Part shown: positions 1-11,188 of the stretch, piece by piece
How positions within the stretch are numbered: position 1 is the stretch's first letter
Layout: each line of letters begins with the position of its first letter
NCBI GenBank assembly: GCA_904063045.1
Contig: CAJFCJ010000057.1
Span: 1 to 64,000 of the forward strand
Source of the DNA: Dimorphilus gyrociliatus
Taxonomy: Eukaryota; Animalia; Annelida
Direction of reading: 5' to 3'
Length of the DNA stretch: 64,000 bases
Notes under the pieces: model-generated
The model's input: the letters and a program-made list of their open reading frames with translations, nothing else
What the model was told of the DNA's origin: nothing
The model's database searches: none
Translations under genes and position numbers: made by a program

Positions 1-629
1 GTTGAAAATCTGACACAAATTATCCAAGAAGCACGAAAAATCTTAGAATTAGACTTAAAACCTGAAATGATTGAAATATTTGAAAAAGAAAGTTTATTTC
101 ATCATTCTTGAATGAATTCACAAATTTTTTACAAATATATATAATTAGAATTTCAGATAAAATTATAATTTTTTTGGCAATTAAAATATTAAAACAAGAT
201 TCCTTTGGACAGTGTCTGGTTTCAGAACAACAAAAGTTGATTCCATGATTTTTATTTGAGGGGGTGATTTCAGAATCAAAAAAATTATTTTGAGTCATTT
301 TGCCTGATGATTGGCTAAGTTGTTGATCTAGAAGGATCATTTATTAGATTGCCACTGTGATATTGTACTATTGAGGGTGTTAATTTCTATTAATTAACAA
401 AATATTGTGTTTGTTAATTTGTGATTTCATCAGTCATCTGCAAAATCCAGACTATTGAAACTTGGGCATCTAGTTATCACACTGAATTCATGAATGGATT
501 GATCAATTGTCTGACATTTTTGCATATGATCAGCAAAAATTGTTGTTGATCTTTCATTTCTTTAGCTCCAAGAGCATTCTTGAACTTATTCCTTAACCCT
601 AGAATTCAATGCACAAATTGATTGGTTGA

Positions 630-2432
630 TTATATTTTAATTATCTTTAGAGCAATACTCTCTATGATTAAATCGTCAAGAAAACAATTTTGTACATCAG
701 AGAGAGAACATAAATAAACATCTAATTCTAAAAGGTGTTGGCAAAACTTTAAACAAGTAAAAATCTTTTCAAAAGATTCACCCAATCTTTGATTATGACT
801 CAAAAATAATCTCTCTATATGCAGAGTGTTCATTAGTAAATTATACAAATAAAAGCCATCTTCCTCTGATAGATTACAACTGGAAAAGTCAATTATTGTT
901 AGGGAAGAAGATGAAGATTTTAGTGCTGAGCAGATCTTTTCAAAGCCCTTTCCCATAGAATCATTAGAGGACAGGTCAATTTCTTTTAGTGCATTACAGT
1001 TTTCCAATAATTTAGCGATCCAAAAACATTGTATTTCTGACAAGCTGCACACAGCAAAATCAATCTTATTTATAGAATGAGATGATAGTGATAATCTAAT
1101 TCCGTGATATAATTTTTCAAAACCATTGCAAAGATTTCTATTGTAGCTTAAATCAATTGTTTCCAAATGCTTGCAGTTTTCCAGTAAGTCACTCAATGGA
1201 CTGCAATCTTCTTTTGATAAATTACAGTGACAAAAAGCGATGTCCTTTAGAGAGGACGATGATGATTTTAAACCTTTCGAAATTTTTTCAAATCCATTTC
1301 CCAAATTATCATTGAATCCTAAATTAAGTGTTTGTAATATAGTACAATTTGTTAATAAATCACCAAGCCAATTAGCCTGAAGTTCTGATAAATTACATGA
1401 TGAAAACTCTAATTTAACAATTGTAGAACTTGACAATTTTAGACTGGTAACAATGTCCAGTAATCCTCTGCCCATATTTTTATTATAGTCCATACTCAAT
1501 TTTTGTAGACAACATTTCTGTAATAAATTACTTAAGAAAAGGCAATCATTCTCAGAAATAGAGCACCTATGAAAGTCGATCTTTGTTAAGGAAGAAGATA
1601 AGGATTCTAACGATTTACATATTTTCCCAAATGATTTTCCATTGTAGAGGAAACCACCAAATTTGATTGATTTTAATACAGTACACTTTTGGAGATATTC
1701 AATCATCCAATCACTTTGCTTCTCTGTTAAACTATTACAATCACAAATATTTATTTTTAACAGAGATGTTGCTGAAGACATTAAACCTTTACAAATCCAC
1801 TGATATCCATCATCCAATTCTTTATTTTGGTTTAGGTAAATTTCTTGTAATTGAGTACATTTCAACAATAAATACCCTATCCAAAGGCAGTCCTCATTGG
1901 AAAGGTAACACACTGAAAAGTCAATTTTAGTTAAACAGGAAGAGGAAGATTCTAATCCTTTGCATATACTCTCAATTCCTCCACTTGCTCCACGTGTACA
2001 GCTTAAAGTAAATGACTTGATGCTATGACAATTTAACAATGAATTTCCTAAGCAAATGAAATCTTTGTTTGAAAATCTACAATTTTTTATTTCAATATTT
2101 TCAATGCAACTATTTAAATATAAGTTTGGTAATTTTTCAAATTTTTTAATGCTTAATGTTTTAATATTATGATTTTTTAAGAAAAACAAATTATCAACAT
2201 TACAAAAATTTTTCCCTTCGAGAGTGAAATTTGTTAAATTTGAAATATCACTTGAAAAAAAATTCAACTCTTCCTTTGTGAAGTTTTTATTCTTCCCACA
2301 ACAGTAATCCAAAATTTTTGCTGTCAAAGATGGCGGCATACAATAATTGTGTTTTTTACACATTTCGCTCATACAATGTAAGTTCTTTCCCACATATTTT
2401 ATTAAAAGAATTTCCAAAGAGGTGGCAGCCAT
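630..2432 (-). CDS. Intronless RNI/NLR-type LRR protein (600 aa) with N-terminal BC-box/Cullin-box-like motif
   Basis: Uninterrupted ORF with alternating ~28/29-aa LRRs (e.g. SSSCLTKIDFSVCYLS / CTQLQEIYLNQN). N-terminus SLEILLIKYVGKNL...CMPPSLTAKILDY resembles the ZER1/ZYG11-type VHL box. ATG lies in a CAAAATGGC context. Confidence 0.85.
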   Translation of the reverse strand: MAATSLEILLIKYVGKNLHCMSEMCKKHNYCMPPSLTAKILDYCCGKNKNFTKEELNFFSSDISNLTNFTLEGKNFCNVDNLFFLKNHNIKTLSIKKFEKLPNLYLNSCIENIEIKNCRFSNKDFICLGNSLLNCHSIKSFTLSCTRGASGGIESICKGLESSSSCLTKIDFSVCYLSNEDCLWIGYLLLKCTQLQEIYLNQNKELDDGYQWICKGLMSSATSLLKINICDCNSLTEKQSDWMIEYLQKCTVLKSIKFGGFLYNGKSFGKICKSLESLSSSLTKIDFHRCSISENDCLFLSNLLQKCCLQKLSMDYNKNMGRGLLDIVTSLKLSSSTIVKLEFSSCNLSELQANWLGDLLTNCTILQTLNLGFNDNLGNGFEKISKGLKSSSSSLKDIAFCHCNLSKEDCSPLSDLLENCKHLETIDLSYNRNLCNGFEKLYHGIRLSLSSHSINKIDFAVCSLSEIQCFWIAKLLENCNALKEIDLSSNDSMGKGFEKICSALKSSSSSLTIIDFSSCNLSEEDGFYLYNLLMNTLHIERLFLSHNQRLGESFEKIFTCLKFCQHLLELDVYLCSLSDVQNCFLDDLIIESIALKIIKI

Positions 2433-3123
2433 TTTGAAATCGGTAAAGAGTGTAAATAACCATTCTGGACACTGCGTTCAATTAGAATAGAATTCAACAA
2501 ATAGTCTTTGTTAAACTGTAAAGAAATGACAAATGAGACAGTAGAATAAGTTTTCTCATTCTATTAACTTTGAAGACCGTTAATTGAGAGAATTAAAATG
2601 ACATGATTATTTTAGACATTGGTTATATACTTTATTGTTTTGTGATTGATTCAATTGAGAGAACTTTGACTTAGTTCATTCTGATAAAATAAACTAACAA
2701 AAGGATCAAGAGGTTTTTAAGAGTGCTTAAGGATCAAGAAATTTGCTGTAGAAAATGTGGACAATTTTACCTTTTTACTGCCTTTTTACTTCAACCCTAA
2801 CCAACCAGTTTTCAGACCACTTTGAGTAGTAAAGAGGAAATAAATTGTATATATTTCTCAGACCTTAGAAATACCTTTAACCATGGCTTACATTCTCTCC
2901 TCCCTCCGTTGTATTCGCTATATCTTTTCAGAAACATTTCTATTATTGTAAGAACTGCCAAAAGAATATTGCAGATTATATTCAGGATTATAGGTGCCAC
3001 TTATATTTCTCTGTCCATTCAGTTCCATATATTCTGTTATATCTTTCAATTGTTGCTCAACAAATGATATCATATATTCTGTATTTTCTCCATCAACTTT
3101 CATTTTTTTCAATTGTTCGTATC

Positions 3124-3952
3124 CATCTAAAACTGCTAAACGATGGAGTTGAAGAAATTATAAATAGTTTAAAAAATTGTCCAAGCCATTTAGAGAAAAT
3201 TTCAATACAGAATATGGATTTTAGAAGACTAAATTCAAAACTCTTTGGGGAATGTCTTGCACAATTATCATTCATTATTGTATTTTGGATTTTATAGCGA
3301 AAATAACATTAAATCCGGATTTAACAGTATAATCTCAGGATTATCTTCTGCATCTCATTGTTTAACAGTCATCAACTTATTCAATTATAATTTATGCGAC
3401 AGTAAATGTTCAAGTTTGGCAAATTTTTTGAAAACTTGCTCCAATTTACAAGAGATTCACTTGGCTACTTTTGAAAGATTACAAAATGGAGCTGTAGATA
3501 TATTCAATTCACTTCAATCTTCTACTCATTCGCTTAAAGTATTACATTTACATTTCTACGGTGCAAGTGTCAGAGACGGTATTCAGTACGGAAATCTTGT
3601 AGAGAAATGTCACTGTTTGCAAGAAATTGACCTTAGCTGTATGAATTGGTTACAAACTAGCTTTGAACATATATTTCACTGTCTAAAGTCCTCATCCAAT
3701 TCCCTATTGAGAGTAAACATGGCCAACTGTCTCACAATGAACAACAACAATGATTTAATTAGAATTCTTTTAGAAAATCAAACCAAATTAGAAGAGTTAA
3801 GAGCTGGAGGAAATGGCGCATTTCTCAATATTGAAACTATGATCAAGAAAACTGGTTGGAGGAAAACATGGCAAACTGCCAATCCATATATTAAGGAAAC
3901 AAATTCAATTTATCAAAGCGGGAACCGTTTCCTCCTATTCCGTGATATCTAG
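3124..3952 (+). pseudogene. Frameshifted, 5'-truncated RNI-type LRR gene
   Basis: LRR text NDGVEEIINSLKNCPSHLEKISIQN...GECLAQ continues in another frame as YHSLLYFGF...LTVINLFNYNL (shift near 3260-3270). The last ~35 codons are non-LRR and overlap an antisense TIR relic. Confidence 0.7.
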
Positions 3953-4650
3953 CTAACAATTAAATTCATTTTTCCCCAGTTTTTCATACGGATATTTAAT
4001 TTCCAATTGACTATCCCATTGATAAGAAATAAAGATAATCGGACAACTTTTATCAAACTCCTGATTTCCTACTAAGGATTCAGATGATTGGTGTTCAATC
4101 TTAAAAGAAGAATGGATATTCAATCAAAGTATGGAGGGTCTTTTGAAATTAGGTTCGTGTTGGACGCTATGGAGAAACGAAGTTGCATTAAAAGTTCACG
4201 GAATTTTCTGTTTGTCAAAAAATGTTTCTAACGTCATTTTCCATCATTTTTCCACAAAAGAAATCAATATATAGATACTCAGTTAAACTGAAGCCTGAAG
4301 GGCCGCTAGGTGGCCAAGATAATTCTTCCATTAACAAAGGAACAAGTGGTTTTCCAAGATTGATTGAGAGATTAATTTCATGACAACAATTTGCCGATTT
4401 TATGTATCTTAAACTTATACAACCTGAAATAAAATGAGCTGATCTAATCCCGTTGTCTATTTTCCAGGATAAGCTGTCATCACCACCCATCTATCCAATA
4501 TCCAGGGTTATGCTTCACACCCGGCTTCCTCCGACTGTTTACAGAGTAGTTTAACTTGCTTTTTATGACCTCATTGATAACTGATAAAAACTTTTGATTT
4601 TTCAACTATTTCCATATTGTCATCATCTTCTACAATAGGTTTAACAGACC
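3880..4650 (-). pseudogene. Decayed tandem TIR-TIR coding segment
   Basis: Minus-strand translation gives KVFISYQ*GHKKQVKLL...EEAG, LDIG*MGGDDSLSWKIDNGIR...YIKSANCCHEINLS...GKPLVPLLMEELSWPP, then a second IFISYQWDSQ...YEKLGKNEFNC*LDI. These are TIR_2-type motifs with stops and frameshifts. Confidence 0.75.
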
Positions 4651-4655
4651 CTGAG

Positions 4656-4686
4656 AGGATCGACAGAAAACGTCCATAAATGAGAA
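4656..4686 (+). mobile_element. Solo terminal inverted repeat of MITE family A
   Basis: AGGATCGACAGAAAACGTCCATAAATGAG matches the termini of the MITE at 29310-29516. Confidence 0.6.
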
Positions 4687-4739
4687 TCTGTTAAATAATA
4701 AAAGAAAGAGATGACTATTTACAGTTTTTATGTTAAAAC

Positions 4740-4950
4740 TAAAGTGTCTGACCAGTTTCAACCATATTTAAAATACAAATTTCTTTAATGTTGTAAACAC
4801 CTTTCAAGACAGTATACCAAGAGGGACTGTCTACTGAACAAGTAGTAGAGGAATAATCATAGCTTGGTTCATCTGATATTGCAAATGAAGCTAAACTATT
4901 CTCATCTTCTGTACAAGTTTGATGAGCTCTACCAGATCTTAAAATATTTT
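4740..4950 (-). mobile_element. Tc1/mariner-superfamily transposase HTH-region fragment
   Basis: LRSGRAHQTCTEDEN...AISDEPS...SWYTVLK resembles the RSGRP...ISxDP...VWxILK HTH linker. Confidence 0.45.
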
Positions 4951-5204
4951 CTGACTCCAAGATAAAACAAAGCTTTAAAGATAAAAAGCTTTCTAAAATA
5001 TAGAATATGATATTTATCTTTAAATTCATTTTAGAATATTCTCTATAGATATCTTTTAGTTTAATGAAACATAAGGTAAATGATCCTGCATTGATTTTAA
5101 GGCATCAATACATATTATTTGAATAAAGTTCAATAATTATTCAATTAATTACCATATAGGCCTTTAGTCTATTCTATTTAATGTGCATTTGTACTGTTTG
5201 AAGT

Positions 5205-5400
5205 GTGGTACATATAAGAGGCTGAAGGTGGCCATTGTGCCTCACCCCTCATACAGCCCTGATTTGGCTCCCTCTGACTATTACCTTTTTGGAAGATTGA
5301 AGGTCCATATCGGAGGATTCCATTGTGGAAATTTGGAGGAATTAAAAATAGATATAAAAGATTTTCTTAGGAGAAAACAACCTCTTTTTACCAGAACAGT
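5205..5400 (+). mobile_element. Mariner transposase C-terminal fragment
   Basis: PHPSYSPDLAPSDYYLFGRLK matches the mariner HPPYSPDLAPSDYxLF motif. Confidence 0.85.
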
Positions 5401-5739
5401 ATTTGTGTACTTCCTAGGAAATGACAGGCTTGCATTTTATCTAAATTTCTTCATATTTGATCATCATTGGACCTTTCAAGTTATTTTTCAAAGCTAACTG
5501 ATTAAACCTTAAGTTTAAACACAAAGCAATTAGTAAAATTTATTAGATTAAACCTTTGTTGTTCTAGTGTATCAAAGTATGATAAAACCAAGCAGTTAAT
5601 AAAGTTATTCATCCTTTTATGTTGAACAATATTGATCACATGATTCATGGTGTATCACGTGATTAAAATGGCTACTGCTAAAATATTTTATCACAAAAAA
5701 CATTGTTAGATTTGTTCCGTTGATATTTTACCTAAAAAG

Positions 5740-7152
5740 ATGAACAAGAGATTAAATAATATTTTTAAAGGAATTTTAAAATCATCTAACACTCTAAAAT
5801 CAATCAGTATCATAAATTGTAATTTAAGCGAAACTCAGTGTAAAAATATTGGAAATCTTATGAAAGGCTGTTGCAAAATAGAAAAAATAGAGCTAATTGG
5901 CAATTACAATTATGAAAATGGATATATGAATATTTGTGAAGGACTTGTTCAATCATCAAACACCTTAAAAGAGATTAATTTTAAAGAATGTAATTTGAAT
6001 GAAAAAGAATGTAGAATGATGAAAATTTTTCTGAAATATTGTTCAAAAATAGAGATAATCAATCTAAAAGGGAATAATGAGATGGAAAATGGATTATTAG
6101 ATATTTGTGAAAGTATTCTTCCATCATCTCCATCATCATCATTGTCATTGCACACTCTTAAGAATATTAATCTGGGATGGTGTAATTTAAATACAAAACA
6201 GTGTAGAAAAGTGGGACATGTTTTAAAAAATTGTCCTAATATGGAGACAATCAAACTAGAAGGAAATAAGTTGATGAAAGAAGGATTTTCATATATTTGT
6301 AAAGGACTCAGTCAATCACCAAATAATTTAAAACATATAAAATTTAGTTGTTGTAATTTAACTGAAAACCAAGGTAAAATTTTAGGAGATTTACTACAAA
6401 CTTGTTTCACAATAGAAACAATAAATTTAAGAAATAATACAAATTTAAATAATGGATTAAATAATATTTTTGAAGGATTATTAAAATCATCAAAAACATT
6501 AAAATCAATCAACTTGGCTTGTTGTAGTCTAATTGAAAATCATGGTAAAATGATTGGCAAACTTTTACAAAATTGTTGTAATATTGAAAGAATTAATTTA
6601 AAATCTAATCAAAATTTAAAAAATGGATTGTCAGATATTTTTGGTGGACTTTTAAAATCGTCAAATAATTTAAAATACTTGAAATGTAAACATTGTAATT
6701 TAGATGAAAAACAATGTTTATGGATTGGAAATTTATTGAGATTTTGCCACAGTATTGAAGAATTTAATTGTGGATATAATTCTAAAATTGGAAATGGATT
6801 AATTATTATTTGTCAACAACTCCTCAATTCATCAAACACTTTAAAATCTTTGAATTTTAGTTGGTGTTCATTGGAACAACATCATTGTGAACAGATACTA
6901 AATCTTTTGCAATCTTGTACTAAACTTGAAAAACTTCATTTAGGAGGTAATTTAAACATTGGAAATGGATTAGTGAATATTTCTAAAGCTCTTTGCAATT
7001 CAAAAAGTTCTTTGAAAATTATAAATTATTGGGGTTGTAATTTTAATACAAAAACTTCATTAACAATTGAAAATATATTTGAAAATTTTACTGGAATAGA
7101 AAGATTAAATTTAGATAGGAATGAACTCATAGAAGAAGAAGAGTGTGATTAA
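5740..7152 (+). CDS. Intronless RNI/NLR-type LRR protein (470 aa), LRR-only
   Basis: Regular 57-aa (29+28) super-repeats, e.g. SSNTLKSISIINCNLSETQCKNIGNLMKG/CCKIEKIELIGNYNYENGYMNICEGLVQ. An upstream in-frame ATG at 5668 is separated from it by a TAG. Confidence 0.85.
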   Translation: MNKRLNNIFKGILKSSNTLKSISIINCNLSETQCKNIGNLMKGCCKIEKIELIGNYNYENGYMNICEGLVQSSNTLKEINFKECNLNEKECRMMKIFLKYCSKIEIINLKGNNEMENGLLDICESILPSSPSSSLSLHTLKNINLGWCNLNTKQCRKVGHVLKNCPNMETIKLEGNKLMKEGFSYICKGLSQSPNNLKHIKFSCCNLTENQGKILGDLLQTCFTIETINLRNNTNLNNGLNNIFEGLLKSSKTLKSINLACCSLIENHGKMIGKLLQNCCNIERINLKSNQNLKNGLSDIFGGLLKSSNNLKYLKCKHCNLDEKQCLWIGNLLRFCHSIEEFNCGYNSKIGNGLIIICQQLLNSSNTLKSLNFSWCSLEQHHCEQILNLLQSCTKLEKLHLGGNLNIGNGLVNISKALCNSKSSLKIINYWGCNFNTKTSLTIENIFENFTGIERLNLDRNELIEEEECD

Positions 7153-7299
7153 ACAATACAATTTATTTAAATATGAATTTTCATATGTTTTTAAATAAAT
7201 TTCTACCTTTCCATTTATTAGTGTTACATGATGACAAAACTCCTCAAATTAACAAAGTAGCTATTCAAGCATGTGATACAAACTAGCTTTTTTTTGGCA

Positions 7300-9050
7300 A
7301 TGCTTTCCATTGTCCTTTTTCAAAATTGCTATGATCAAACAAGAATATCACAAAACAATACTTTATCACTGATATTCTCTAGAACAATGTAAATATAGAG
7401 TATATTTGATGCAGTTTGAGAAAAATGATTGCAGTTGAATGAATATACCATAAACAAATTGCTATTGTTACTGAATTCTTCAATTGTACAAAATTTTCTC
7501 ATGATTCTCCTATTGATTCTTGTATCATAGCTGACTTGAACATCAACATTTCCTTTTAAATTGATTACTTTTTTAAGAATTACATGATGCTTTGATGTTC
7601 TTGAATAGAACTCTTTTGAATTGGCTAATTTATATTGAAATTGTACTGGAAAGTGTTTAATAACTGTACAAGTTTCAATGAGATTATCAAGTACACCATT
7701 ATAAATGTTTGTTTGACAATTAGGATTGTCTGATATGGTATAAATGTTTCTTGTTCTTTCTTTAAAAAAATGATTATTGAATTATTAGAAGAGATTTAAA
7801 TAGGTTTGCTATGTTTTTCTTACTTAGGACATACATTTGGAACACTTTCATGGTAGCATCAGCATCTAAATCTAGAGCTTTAATAGTTCCCCTTACTCCA
7901 CTTTCAATTGTAGGCCTAAATGTATAATTATAACAGTGTCTATAGCGGTCCTCCACAGGATTTATTGTATTACATTGCCAGAACTCCATTTCACTTCCAG
8001 TACTTTGATATAAACTGTAGATCTGTATTTGTTTATAAAGCTATTATTTAGCTATAAAAAACATAGTGATTAGAACTCATTAACCCAATAGAAAGGCAGT
8101 AAAATTGTGGTTGAACAGGAAAAGGAAATAGTATATCAATATAATGACCAATGCAAGTACCCCGAGAATCTGATATTGAAGAACACTCAAGCCAAACATA
8201 GTTGGATACATGACGAAGTGCTGTTTCGCATTCGTATCCTGCAGTTGTGGCTGTTGATGTACATGTTGCTCCTAAATTAATATCAGCAATATTGAAATAT
8301 ATATCTTCATCTTCACTTTTAAGTAGATCTTCTACAGAAAAAGAAAAATAATTGAATAGAACTCAAAAAGAGGAGAAATTTTATATTACTGTCTTCATAC
8401 GCAAATGCTAAAATTGCTTGAAACCCAGAATTTACATGGGTGGATGGATATTCTTTAATTTGAGTTTTGAGTTTAGGTGGATTATCACCAATTCCTTCTT
8501 CAAGTAGAATGCAAGTTTCAAAAAAATTCAATTTGACAACAACATTGTTGCCATTACCAATTGTGAGATCAATTGAATATATTTTTCTAATATCTTCAAC
8601 TAATATTTGTTGGAAACAAATTTCAACAATATCATACAATTATGAAAAGGCTATGTCAATCCATTCACTGTGACAAGTTCCAGCAGGGCATATCCCAGCA
8701 TAGTCATAATCATTAATCCATGTAGGTTCCATAGCCTGCTCACAATGATAGATTGATGGACTTTTTGGATATACAGAGTTTGCTGTACAAGTTGCATTGA
8801 ATTTTATAGTTGAAACAATAATTAGTTTTTCACCTAAAATTTCAAAAGTTTAATAAGGACCAAGAATTTTTTTTATATTACTTTTTACCAGTTTTTGTTG
8901 ATGTTGAATACAAAATTGTCCATAAAGAAGTAATATAACTTTTAAATGAAAAAATTCAACAACTCTAAAAAGATTAATCATATTTGGATGATGATGCTGG
9001 AATGATAAATATGAAAAAGGAATAAACATGCTTAAAATTTCATGTATAAC
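7300..9050 (-). pseudogene. Degenerate multi-exon secreted protein with galactose-binding/discoidin-like domain(s)
   Basis: Exon ~8830-8380 reads ATCTANSVY...CEQAMEPTWINDYDYAGIC...SEWIDIAFS*LYDIVEICFQQ...ETCILLE and aligns by eye with 37366-37703. It has an in-frame TAA. A hydrophobic first exon lies near 9050-8890. Confidence 0.5.
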
Positions 9051-9366
9051 ACCTAATAAAACTTTGATTACTGATAATCAATGAATTATTCAACATTTAT
9101 TTAAAATTTTGATGAAAATATTTGAAATTAACACAATAGAAAAAGAATTTTATTTCAATAATTAAAGCTTAATTTCATAAAGTTTAACATGAACAGTAGG
9201 CCTATATCAACTGAATTATGCAGAAACCTCTACAAGCACGAAATATCAATATTGAATGTTTTGAAAGTCTTATACAGTATTACTATTGACACCCATATTT
9301 ACCATTTTACCACTTTAAAAAATACATAACAGTCCAAAAATTAATGACATTATCAGTTTTTAAATA

Positions 9367-9470
9367 TGGGGTCAGGACAATTCGGTCTGGGACAGTTTGG
9401 CCTGTTTTAGGACAATTTGGTCTGCTTTCTAGGACAATTCAGTCTGCAGTCTAAGACACTTTGACCTGTG
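9367..9470 (+). repeat. Short tandem subrepeats (GGACAATTYGGTCTG), probable DNA-transposon terminus
   Basis: Four to five degenerate copies after a GGGGTC start. The layout parallels the subterminal repeats of the MULE at 33017-35698. Confidence 0.45.
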
Positions 9471-10369
9471 CATTTATATTCAAAGTTGTAATTGTAACAA
9501 TGCTTATTTTTATTAATATTTAAATTGACAATGATGCTAATAATATATAGAATGATAAATAACAAAACACAGATTGTACTAATAAAACTCATTAGAGGTA
9601 AGTTGAAAATTTATTTTTTGTTGTTTTAAAAGCTAGGTTATAATTTATTTTTTAATGTGACTTTGTATTTTTATAATAAAATCATTGTCAAATTCTAACC
9701 AAAAATATGACAATTTTAATGTGTTTTTTATCTTTTTTTTATTTTTACATTGTAAGGCTTGTCATAATATTATCCATGTTTGTATATATATATATATATA
9801 TCATGAAATAATTCTGACTCTTCTCATAAATTCACTATAACAAATAATTATTTACTAAGGTTTGATAAAAAGATCCTAATCTTTCAATAATGGAAAACAC
9901 ATGCTATATCTGCAATGGTCCTTTCATTGGCAGTCAAATTAAAGGCAAATGTTGCCTCTATTTTAAAACACCAAAAACAATGACAAACCTTACTCAGGGC
10001 TGTCACGATTGGTGTACACATACATTCGTCAGCTATATTCTACAATAGAGAAGTAGTATTGAACCAGTATTGTACTATGCAGATAGCACTGATAAAGATA
10101 AGCAGTAGTGACCTAGTTTCACATAGGGCAGTGCATACACATTATGCAGCAATAAAACCTATTAAATTATATAAAGAATATTTGCTATTTGCAACCTAGC
10201 ATTAATATTACAATTTATTAATCCATACATTTATGATTTCGAACTAAAACTAGTTCAATTAATTATCAATTTTGCTTAAATTCTAAGTTTAGATTATATT
10301 CACTATTCAACAGTATTGTATACACAATACTGTTCTTTTTAACATGCATTAATCAGATATACTTCCTCC

Positions 10370-10946
10370 TTATATGCTGATGCTAAATTTACTAACTCAA
10401 TCAATTGAATATCATTATTAAGGTAGAATATAAAAACGGTCAAATATACAATCTACATGTTTTCTTGATTGTTGGACTTGTCCTACTAAAATTGTTACAT
10501 CTTATGCAACTCTCCAACCTGAGAAATTCAACTATTATTTAGAAGAGGAAAACAATAAAAACATGACCATATTTACAACTTTTCTTTGTCTTCAAATGTT
10601 ACTTTTGTTTTTGTGAACATTGAAATTTGTCAACTATCAACCCTTAAAAGAGTATATAAACCCTACGAAATTAACAGTTGATAGTTCAGTTTTCTAACCG
10701 TCAGCTAGTTGTTTAAACTAGCTTGTTTAGAACTAGAAGCTCATTTTACTCAATACATATTCTTTGGACGAAATACTCGTGTTTTGTTAATTAATTTCTA
10801 CCAAAATTGCCTTTGTTAGACTATTTGTGGACGAACTTTAAAGGTTCTATTTGGACCAGTACTTTGGCAAGTTGGTAAATGATTGGAAAGGACGATTACA
10901 GTTGTGACGAACCAGAAATTCCTACAATTACAATACAACAAAGTAC
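10370..10946 (+). repeat. Dispersed repeat family R, copy 1
   Basis: Closely similar to 27330-27778 and, inverted, to 17728, 25510 and 29906. Ends in CCTACAATTACAATACAACAAAGTAC. Confidence 0.85.
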
Positions 10947-11188
10947 AATTGGATTTTTTGTTTTTTATGGTACAAATTTCTATTAATACTAGAAATTGTT
11001 TTAATTTTAAATTCAAATTCACTTTCACCATAATACTTCACCAGTTTTCTTAAAGAAAAACGAAAGTAAAAGTAGAAAAAATATTTGCAATTTCATAGTG
11101 ATTGCAACATATAAAATAATTATCTTCCTATAAACATGAATGAATGATTATTATGTAATAAAATATATTTTTTTCTTTACATTTCAAA

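Noticed and set aside
1-600. Short ORFs on both strands at the window start
   Set aside because: No recognisable motif and stops in all plausible frames; cannot be assigned.
2812-3112. Minus-strand peptides resembling gag (YNGGRRECKPWL) or a channel helix
   Set aside because: Similarities are too short and mutually inconsistent.
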